A stretch of 20,000 nt of DNA from Moniliella sp. 'wahieum' (lineage: Eukaryota): assembly GCA_003971905.1 (NCBI GenBank), contig RSEE01000007.1, positions 1,175,978 to 1,195,977 of the forward strand, given 5' to 3'. A program made the position numbers and the translations under genes. Shown here one piece after another: positions 11,481 through 20,000 of the stretch (position 1 is the stretch's first letter; every line of letters starts with the position of its first letter). The notes beneath the pieces were generated by a model that was given only the letters and a program-made list of their open reading frames with translations, did not search any database and was not told where the DNA came from.

Positions 11481-12509
11481 CTTAGCGACGGTGGCATGGT
11501 GAGCGCAGCCCAGACCACCACCCACCGCCCACCATCCCACATTGAGCAAGCGCTTTCCGCCTCAGCGATCCGCCTCGCAGCATGGCTCGTGCATGCCTCC
11601 TACTGGTAGCACGCGGAGAGCATGCACTGCAAATCCCAAGCACAGTCTTCGCCTACCACCCTAGCCCGAGGGTAGCCAAGCCAAGGTAGATCGGATCAGA
11701 TTGGGTTGAATTGGAACGGATTGGATTGGATTGCATTGATTGGGAGGCCAACAGATGGAATTCAAGCACGAGGGGAGGGGAGTGAGAGTGGGAGTGTAGG
11801 CACCTTCCGTCCAACCCGCTCCAGCGCTAGCAGAAGGGAAAGCACGGTAGCGCGATCCACCGCCAAAGCGCCAGGGCGGGCGAACAACGTTACGTCTCGG
11901 AGCCAGGATCAGTCTGGCAGCCCACCAGGAACCACAGACACGCCGCGAAAGAGCGAGGTGGACAGAAAGGGCTGCGGAAGGGGGGGAGGGGGGGAGGGGG
12001 CTGGCGATCTGAGCGAGGGACACGAGAGGGAGAGTGCAGATGCAGATGGGATGGGGTGGGGGAGTGCTGGGATGTGCATGCTTTGCTTTGCTTGCGTGGT
12101 GGTGGTGGCAGGTCGGTGGCAGGGGCTTCTCGTCGCCGCGAAGTTCTTGCGAGAAGGCCGAAGGGCGCAACCCTACCAGCCGCATCAGGGCTGTCGGGCT
12201 CCCCGCACGGCGCCTGTCTGGTGCGCTTGGGCTTAGGTCAGCCGCGGCCGGGTGGGTTGGACGGTGGCGGGGCGTAGTGCAGTGCACGTGATGCGTGATG
12301 TGGCGTTACGTCATGCGCTGGATGCTCCCCCGGCAGGCGGGGAAAAAAAAAGAAAGCGACGCTGGTCGCTTCTTGCAGCTGCCGCTTCTTGGGTTGCAAC
12401 GCCTGGGCGGTGCGCAGCGCATCATCTATCGTCTACCGTCTACCGTCTACCGTCTGTCTTCCACCTTCCACCTTCCACCCCCCCATCCTCTACTCCCGAC
12501 CGTCGAGGC

Positions 12510-13821
12510 ATGGCTGGTGTATCACATGGGGTGAGCCAAGCGGTGCGTGCGCGCGAGCTGCTGCACAGCCAAGAGTGGGAGACGCTAGCCAAAGCCGTGT
12601 ATGCTGCTCCGCCCACTCCGCCGCGCGACCTGCGCCAGACACTTGCCTTGGCCTACCAGGCTGCCCACTTTGCCCCTTCCTCTCCTTCCTCGTCTGCCTC
12701 TTCCTCGTCTTCTCCTTCTTCCTCGTCTGCTTCTTCCCCGGGATCAAGTGCTTCCTCCTCCCCTGCCACGTCCACGCCCCCCACCAAGGACAACGACAGA
12801 CGCGGCTTGGCCTACTGCAGCTTTTACCGCGTACGTCACCCTCCTTCTTTCTGGCTTGCGCCCCACCTGGGCACCTTGCCTGGATTGCCCTGGCAATGGC
12901 GTTCGGGATTGAGATTGAGATTGGATGGTGTGCTGACGCAACGTGCACGCCTGCAGGAACCGTTATCGCACCACTACTCTGACGGGGGCTACCTTGTGAT
13001 GCGACACGAGCAATCGCCGTTGTTGCGGGAACAAGAGCGGCGTCTGATCCTACCGCGTCCGCATCCGCTGTTTTTCACCGCGCTCGGGTCGGGGTACTCG
13101 TACAAGCATCCTGATCTCGGCCGTGTGACCGAGCGAGACGGGGATACACTTCAGTTCGCCACGACGACCACGCCAGAGGGGGAAGATGAGGCGAAGCAGA
13201 TGCTCGCGTGGCAGCGGGTAGGGTGGCAGACCTACACCTCGCTCAATCCGATTCGCTTGAGCAGTATCGCGTCCTACATTGGTTTGGAATCGATTGAGGG
13301 CGTGTACGATCGGGCCAAGCCGCTGATCGTCTCCCAAGGACCTGAGTTGGTGTATTTCTCCAAGGCTCATGATACGGGTGGTACGTTTGGTTCTTCTTTC
13401 TTTTTTCCTTCTTCTTCTTTCTTGTTTCGTGTTTCGTGTTTCGTGTTTCTTCTGCTTGGTCTTGGGCCCACGTACACCAACCTGACCTGTTGTGTGCGCT
13501 TTTGTTTCTACTTCAGAATCTCCCTATTTGCCCCCCAAGAAACCCAAACGACAAGCCCTCACCGGCTTGTTCACCGCCACAGCGCAAGACGAGGGCGAAG
13601 CTGAAGCCGAACCTGAAGCTCAAGCTGAAACTCAAGCTGAATTTGCAGGTGAAGCTAAAGGTCAAGCCGAAGCTGAAGGTTTAGCTGAAGCTGAAGGCGA
13701 AGGCGAGAGTAAGGGCGAGGCCATTGAGAGGAAGTCCACCTCGTCCTCGTCCTCTGCTGCGCCCCAGCCGACGGGAGCGGGCGTGACGGGCATGCGGCCG
13801 AGTCGGGTGTGGGACGAGTGA
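12510..13821 (+). CDS. Hypothetical protein, two exons (12510-13380, 13517-13821), 391 aa
   Basis: ATG 12510 follows a C/T-rich leader and opens an 871-nt exon with a Ser-rich linker and a globular-looking core. Splicing 13381-13516 joins G|AA (Glu) in frame to SPYLPPKKPKRQALTGLF..., an NLS-like basic patch followed by an Ala/Glu repeat tail, ending TGA 13819-13821. Total 1176 nt, divisible by 3. Confidence 0.8.
13381..13516 (+). other. Spliceosomal intron (136 nt, phase 1)
   Basis: GTACGT donor, T/C-rich body, CTGAC branch point at 13482-13486 and TTCAG acceptor. Removal restores the reading frame. Confidence 0.85.
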
Positions 13822-14774
13822 ACAGGGACGAAGCCACGCAGGGTCCTAGGTGTATATGACATGGCATGGGATGATATGACATGGCATGTGAGTGTGTGGG
13901 TGTGGGTGTGAGTTGTGGGTCGATGCATATACGCCGTAGAGCTAGAGACTACGCAGGCGTGCGATGGGCTGGAGGGCAGACAGTAATAGCCCAGAATAGA
14001 TCCACGTGACCGACCCGTAGTATTGATTACCCCACTGGCTTAACCTTGCTTGTAACTGCCGCTCGCTGGGGCAGCACCTGTTCCTATTATCCTCGCCGCG
14101 GCATCCGCACCACCACCACCACCACCACCACCACCTGGCAGGCTTGACTCTCTTTTTACCCGCCACCATGCCTAGCTCTATCCCTCGCACCTCCACCTCC
14201 TCATCTCCACCTCCACCGCCCACCTGCGCCACGCCGGCCTGCTGCCGCGCCACCCCCGACCCACCTCCCAATCCCAATCCCAATCCCAATCCCATCCCCG
14301 TGCCCCTGCCCTTGCACGCCGCATGCAGCCATGCCGACCGCGCACCACGAGCCTTCGCCTTCGTCCGCACCCCCCCTCCCGTTCCGGCTCCCGTTCTGGC
14401 TCCGGATCACGTGCTTTCGTTCCCCTTTCCCCGTCTCGATCTGCATCTGGGCTGGCGTCTCGCTCCGGGTCGGGGTCGGGGTCGGGGCTGGCCTCGTCCT
14501 GGACATTGACCATCTGGTCCTGCGTCGTCCCCGTCCTCACTCCCGGGCGGTCCCTCCCGCACGCACTGGTCCTGGAGTCAAGAGCTCGAGCGGCGGTGGG
14601 GTCGAGCTGAGTACGAGGCTGAGATCGAGGGTGAGAGCGAGGGTGAGAGTGAGGTGGAAGTGATCAAGGTGGGGAGATGGAAGTGGAGGTGGAGGTGGTG
14701 TGCTACGCATTAGGTCGGTCGCGTGGGCAGGCAGTTTGGATGTACCTGTGAGGAAGGTGGTGAAGGTTGAGATG

Positions 14775-14871
14775 GTACGCATTCATCCTTTGACAGTTTG
14801 CTTTTCGGGTTGTCTGTTTTGGTTGTTGTTTCGTTGTTTGCTTGTTTCCTCCATCTTCCCTGTCTGCTCAG
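14775..14871 (+). other. Probable intron in the N-terminal part of the Ulp2-like gene
   Basis: GTACGC donor after ...KVVKVEM, T-rich body and CTCAG acceptor. An alternative acceptor GCTAACAG ends at 14992. No clear branch point for the first acceptor. Confidence 0.5.
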
Positions 14872-15339
14872 ATTCGCGCTCCGACCACACCATGTACTCC
14901 TCCCTCGCTCCTTTACTTGCCCTCCTGCCCACTGCACCTCTCCGATATTCCCTACAGTGCACAGCCACTTAGATCCCCCGCGTAGCTAACAGATCCCATC
15001 CTTCTTTCTCTCTCTGCCTCTCCCCGGGTAACCCAGTCCCAGTCCCAGTCCCCCCGTCCCCTTCCTCCGACTCCACCTCCTTTCTCCTGTCCCTCCACCT
15101 GCATCCGGACCCACCCACGCACGTCCGCCCTCCCCCTCTATCTCCCACATCGACCACCACGATCCCCCGCCCCACCACCACCACCACCCGCACCGTGCCC
15201 CGGGGCATGCACCAGCTCACGCTGCACCTCGCGCCACACACCTCCCCCCGGAGTGGGAACCTTGGCGCACCAGCTGACTTGTCTCCAGGCCCGTACTGCG
15301 CACGACCCTTTGTCTTGTCCCGCGTCCTGCGCCCATGCC

Positions 15340-15382
15340 GTCTGGATCTGGGTCTGGGTCTGGGTCTGGGTCTGGGTCTGGG
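15340..15382 (+). repeat. (TCTGGG)n hexamer repeat, Ser-Gly coding in the Ulp2-like N-terminus
   Basis: Directly visible. One of several 3n repeats in this gene, along with CCCAAT ~14267-14290, GGTGAT ~15500-15537, GCTCAG ~17269-17287 and GAG 17338-17360. Confidence 0.85.
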
Positions 15383-17572
15383 TATCGGTCTCGGTCGGTG
15401 TCTGTGCGTGCGGCTGGGGTTGTACCTGCGTCGGAAGCACGTGGCCGGCGTCGGGTCCACCCCGATCGCCCGTTGGAACGTGAGCCTGACGGTGAGCCCG
15501 ACGGTGATGGCGATGGCGACGGTGATGGTGATGGTGACAACGAATGCCCACGCAAACGCGCACGCCACGGACAACGGCACCACCACCAAAAACTTACTAC
15601 CCCTCCGTTCCTACCGCCTTTCCCGCCAACCCGTAGGTCTGACCGACCTACCACTACTCCCATACCTCCGTCCCAGCCCGAATTCCAAGTACCATCCCCG
15701 TTACCATTCCCGTTAGCGGTACCGTTGCAAGTACCCTTTCGACACCCGTTCCCACAACCACCACCCCAGTCCCTAAGGCGCCGGCAAGCTCTCCTTGACC
15801 TTCAACCGCAACCGCAACCGCACCTGCCCGTTCACCATCGGCTGGAGCTAGCTCTGCAGGCCCATCCGCGCACGGCGGACCGGACCGAAGCGCAGAACGT
15901 ACCTCCAAAGCGGCTATTTGTCTACCCGCCGCAGGGCGGGGCCGGGAGTGTCGAGGTGACCGAGGCGGATGTGGCGGGGCTAGGACCGGAGCGGTGAACG
16001 ATGTGGTTATGGATTTTGGTCTAAGCTTCTTGGTTCATACCACCGCGCAGCAGGGTGGGCTTAGTGGGGGCAGTGGGGAGGTAGAGGGGGTGCGCAAGAG
16101 AACGAGCACGGGCAAGCGACCTTGGAAGCAGGTGAAACAGAACGAGTGGGAGTGGGAGTGGGAGCGGAGGAGGAACCTTCCCGGATGCGAAGGTCTTTGG
16201 ACCCAGCTGATCACCCCGTTGGAGCAGTGGGGCAGATTTCACCTCAGGACATTCTACTGTTATCCTCGCTGTTTTACACGCGTCTCGTCACGGGCGGGTA
16301 CGAGCGAGTACGACGCTGGACCAAGGAAGACGTATTTGCGAAGCAGGTGGTGATTGTCCCGATCCATCAGGACCACCATTGGTTCCTCGTTTTGCTCTTT
16401 GCACCCGGACGTTTGTTGCGCCACGCACAGCTCCAAGCACAGCAGCGCGCACAACAGCACCACGACCGTTCTGCTCCCCGTCCCGGTCCCATGGCACAGA
16501 CACAGGCCACCACTTCCTCTCCGACCGCTGCGTTCGAGCAACAGCATTGGCCTGTGCTTGTCACTCTCGATTCGTTGGCACGCAGTGGGCATGAGCTGAA
16601 CCCCACCGGTAACGGGACCAGGCACGAGCACGAATACGAGCATGTGCACGTTGACGAGCGCCCGAACGGGAATAGGGACCGGAGCATGGGCGTGGGTGAG
16701 TGGCGCATTGACGCAATGGCTGTGCGACGAAGCACAGGCCAAACACGGAGTGACCATCCACGCTACCTCGGTCCCCGTCCCTGTCCCAGTTCGCGTCGCA
16801 CCCCAGCCCGGCTTTGGTTCGTCTCCTTCTACCGCAACTCCCACCGCAACGACCGCGACACCGACCGTCTCATCGGCATCTGGATGCGCAACAGGAAGCG
16901 TGTTGTGGGTAGATGCCGAGGTACCACAACAAAGCAACTGGTGGGACTGTGGGATGTACGTGTTACATTATGTGCGGCGGTTTCTTGCGGCGCCAGAAGC
17001 GGCGCAGCGTGCGCTGTGCCTCGGCCGAGCGGCGTGGGGGTTCTGGCAAGCGGACCCAGTTAGCGTCGGCCCAGAGCAGCGCACAATGTGGCGACGCGTG
17101 GTCCGTGCGTTGACGCGCTCCGATCGGGCGTCGGGTCAAGAGTCCGGTCTGACTGCCCCTTGCGATTCTTGTGTGCTTGGCGTGTCGGGCGCCAAGTGTG
17201 TCTGTGTCTGCGTCTCCACTCTCCCGCGCGCACCCAATGCACACTCAGCCCCGCCCCCACCCCCACAGGCTCAGGCTCAGGCTCAGGCCCAAGCCCAGCT
17301 ACAGCCAGCAAGGTGAACCGGTGGCGGAGCCAATGGAGAGGAGGAGGAGGAGGAGGAGGATGTGGAGGGGATGGGGAGCCCGTGGAGCCCGAGACGGTGG
17401 GCGTGGTAGTGGTCGAATGAGCGCCGAGGCAGATCGATGGAGAGGCAGTGCGACTCCAAAGAAGTGGGACTCAGCTAACGCACCACTGCGACGCGGAGAA
17501 CGTCGGACGGTGAGCGTCGACGATGCGGATGAACATTGAACGTTGAACGTTGATGCAAGCCGAAGTAACAAC

Positions 17573-17605
17573 GATAAGATAACTAGACAAGATAAGATAA
17601 GATAA
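17573..17605 (+). repeat. (GATAA)n cluster, five copies
   Basis: GATAA at 17573, 17578, 17591, 17596 and 17601. Confidence 0.8.
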
Positions 17606-18320
17606 GAGCAGGAGAACCGAAAGTGCACCCTCTATCAGGTTAGCCCCGACTACTTGCTCGGTCCCCCGCCACTCTAGCCATCACGGACACAGCGACACCG
17701 CAACGCATCGCATCGCATTTGATTTGCGATGGTCGATGGTGGTAACTTGTACCCCTCTCTCTCGCCTTGCCGACGCCAGCATCGCCTCGGGCTGCGTTAA
17801 TACCTGCCCTACAGTGTACCAACCGACTTTCCTATCTGCCTGTCTGATGTATAGCGAGCCTTGCGTGCGTTCGAGGATACGGTCGGGGGCGAGGCGGACG
17901 GGATACTTGAAGCACCCCACAACGACGGTTCACTCTCGCTGCTCTGGCGCGTGAGGCCACCTGCTGCGTTCTCCTCCCGGCCGTTTCCATCGGCTTCCAT
18001 CGGCTTCGCAGAGCATCGCCCACAGCACGCCGGGTGAGCTACCCTTCGTGTCCATGTGCACCGCAACGCTCTCTCCAGGCTCGATCGCCACACCCCGCTC
18101 GCTAATGCGCCTGTGGCCGAGGCATCTCTTTTCCTTGACGCTTGCTCCTCTCGCTTGTATGTGTTGCCTCTCGCTTGTAGCTGCCCCTCACCGTCCCCAT
18201 GGCAGACGAGATGCCTCGTAGAGATAGGACGTGCTCCATGCGAGAGGAGAGCACGCTTTGGGCCACCACACAGTGTCCCAGCATCTAATATAATGGCTCT
18301 TTTTCTCGTGATGGTGCACA

Positions 18321-18328
18321 TATATATA
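18321..18328 (+). promoter_or_regulatory. TATA-like element
   Basis: TATATATA in GC-rich context about 90 nt upstream of ATG 18415, followed by a C-rich leader. Confidence 0.55.
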
Positions 18329-18414
18329 GCCGTACAAGTTTGCCTCCTCCAAGAACGTTTCTCCACCATCACGGCCCCCGCCCTCGCAACCCTCCACCTG
18401 CGGCATTCAACACA

Positions 18415-19446
18415 ATGAGCGCTGTCCCGAGCCAAGCAAGCATCGTTGCCCAGGGCCATGCTCTCTTTGGCGCTCTGCAGACCGCCCTAACCCACTGCCC
18501 TCCCAGCACCTGCATCCCCGAAGAGGGGGAGGTGAACACGCTGGCGTCAATTGTCAGCTACCTCGACCGCCTCGCCTCGGCCAACGGAGGAGCGATTGCC
18601 TGGCCCAAAGAGCAGGTACCTCGTCTTGCTCTCCACTACATCCTCCACTTCTTTTCCGCCTTTATGCCGTGCCAGCCGACGCCGAACCCTGCCGAAGGCC
18701 CAGTGAAGGAGGTTGCCCACCTGATCACTTACCTGTGCCGCATCCATCCCACGCCCAGCTGCTTGGTCATGGCCTCGTCCGACGTTCCGGATCACACCCA
18801 GGCCTGGTTGGCCGACACCAGCAGCCGTCTGAAGCACTACGCCCCTCCTCGTCTTCTTTCGCCCGATGGCGAGCCATCCATATGGCACGTGTATGCGGTT
18901 ACAATGGTGCAACACTGCATGGAGACGAACCGTGCCCACTGGCTTCATTGCATCCTCTTGACTGCGCGACACGTATCGCAGCTGACTCTGGACCATCAAT
19001 TCATTGAGCATACGTCGACCAGCTGGTCATCGTGCGGCCAGGTTGTACGAAGGTAAACTGGACAGTGAGGAGGCATACACAGGCCCTATGGCGCAGCCCA
19101 CCGCGCCAGCTGTCGTCATTCTCCTCCCAATGACCCCAACTACTTGGACAAGGTGAAGGAGTACGTTGAAATGTGGCACCGCGTCCAGTTGGACATGGCT
19201 ACCAGGCTCAAAATGCAGTTCGAGGAGCGGCATATCCAGATCGATGCCCTGCGCATGCGGTTGGCCTCTGTGCCGCGCCCAACTCAGCAGACGGGGTCCA
19301 TCCCGGATCACCAGCCATACCAGGCCGACAGGGACCACGAAGAAGAGGACCACGACGGTGGCGACCGCGACGACGAGGACCGCGACAACTGCACTCTCTC
19401 CGATTGTGTCGTCCATCGCGCCACTGATGCCATCCATCAGGGATGA
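18415..19446 (+). CDS. Hypothetical protein, telomere-adjacent; reading frame interrupted near 19010-19130
   Basis: ACAATG start downstream of a TATA element, then 213 codons rich in C/G-ending codons to TAA 19054-19056. The same frame resumes (PNDPNYLDKVKEYVEMW..., helical then Asp/Glu-rich) to TGA 19444-19446 and stays coding-like to TAA 19510-19512. The gap can be bridged by a 57-nt GT-AG intron (19053-19109) or by three -1 shifts. Confidence 0.65.
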
Positions 19447-19988
19447 GACGACGGGCAGCATTCGCCGCCCTACCGCGAGCAATCCCAGACGGAGCCCAAG
19501 GAACAGCACTAACCGTTCCTCCTCGGTATCTCCATGAACAGGCACAAGAACCACTCCCGCTCTTTGTCCTGTATATCAGTGACGTGCCCCATCGTGGGTA
19601 CTTGTCCATACGCACACTCTCCCCCTGTGTGCCCCTCGGCTGCCTCTCCCCCCGACATAATCCAATGAAGAGTACCCGTTTCCTTTGTACTTTGTCACGG
19701 GCGGGCCCCGCTAGGAGGCTCACCCAAGTATTTGGGGTACAATCCCTTATTAAACGGAAGGACGACTCACGGTAGTTACACGCTTGGGCTGATTGGTGTG
19801 TCCGCTGCGGAGCTAGGGACAAGGAGAGGCCTCTCGGCGTATAGCAGAGGCGGCTGCAAGTGTGGCAAGGCTGCTTAACACACCGGCTTGGGCGGCAGTA
19901 GCGTGTCTGAAGCCTCGTGGTTCAGAGAAGGTGGAGGCAGCGGAGGACCAACGCTGCTGAACTGGGGTTGGACTGAGACGGGGAGCGG

Positions 19989-20000
19989 TTAGGGTTAGGG
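19989..20000 (+). repeat. Start of a telomeric repeat tract, (TTAGGG)2 to the window edge
   Basis: GG-TTAGGG-TTAGGG at the extreme 3' end, with the G-rich strand on +, as expected for a right chromosome end. Only two units are visible. Confidence 0.65.

Larger units (their letters stand above)
14168..17420 (+). pseudogene. ULP2: Ulp2/SENP6-7-like SUMO protease (peptidase C48), frameshifted as assembled
   Basis: Family motifs occur in order across frames: LFVYPP..G.VEVT..D...L.P (from 15914), NDVVMDFGL, SSLFYTRL..GYERVRRWTK.DVF.KQVVIVPIHQDHHWFL (His 16377-16379), LVTLDSL (Asp 16569-16571), ALTQWLCDEAQAK, and VPQQSNWWDCGMYVLHYVRRFL (Gln 16930-16932, Cys 16948-16950). The start (GCCACCATG at 14168) and end (acidic tail ...VGVVVVE* at 17420) are tentative. 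Pseudogene versus assembly error is unresolved. Confidence 0.8.

Noticed and set aside
8007..12291. Many overlapping 60-250 aa ORFs on both strands
   Set aside because: These are expected from high GC and tandem repeats. The translations are low-complexity with no motifs.
12252..13604. 450-aa single-exon ORF from the ORF track
   Set aside because: It starts at a non-ATG codon in the leader and reads through the 13381-13516 intron, producing a spurious Phe-rich hydrophobic tail.
15914..17120. Transposon-borne Ulp1-like protease (Mutator/CACTA/Helitron cargo)
   Set aside because: No adjacent transposase or termini were seen. The long N-terminus and the LFVYPP/DFGL motifs fit the cellular Ulp2 type.

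Overview
Eukaryotic, most likely GC-rich fungal (basidiomycete-like) DNA that appears to be the right-hand subtelomere of a chromosome: the window ends in TTAGGG repeats on the + strand. The taxonomic call is inference from GTACGY donor sites, a CTGAC branch point, short introns and the Ulp2-type 'DFGL' motif. About 0.4-8.4 kb is a lower-GC block with no intact recognisable gene. It holds stop-interrupted ORF remnants, a candidate small secreted protein gene, a 55-nt G run and a 36/35-bp direct repeat. About 8.4-12.5 kb is microsatellite-rich, apparently non-coding DNA. Three + strand genes follow: a clean two-exon gene for an unknown 391-aa protein (12510-13821), a Ulp2/SENP6-7-like SUMO protease (peptidase C48) with intact catalytic residues but many frameshifts (~14168-17420), and an unknown gene with an interrupted frame (18415-19446/19512) about 0.5 kb from the telomeric repeats. 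I found no convincing novel multi-gene system. The main open question is whether the frameshifts are assembly indel errors, pseudogenisation or recoding.
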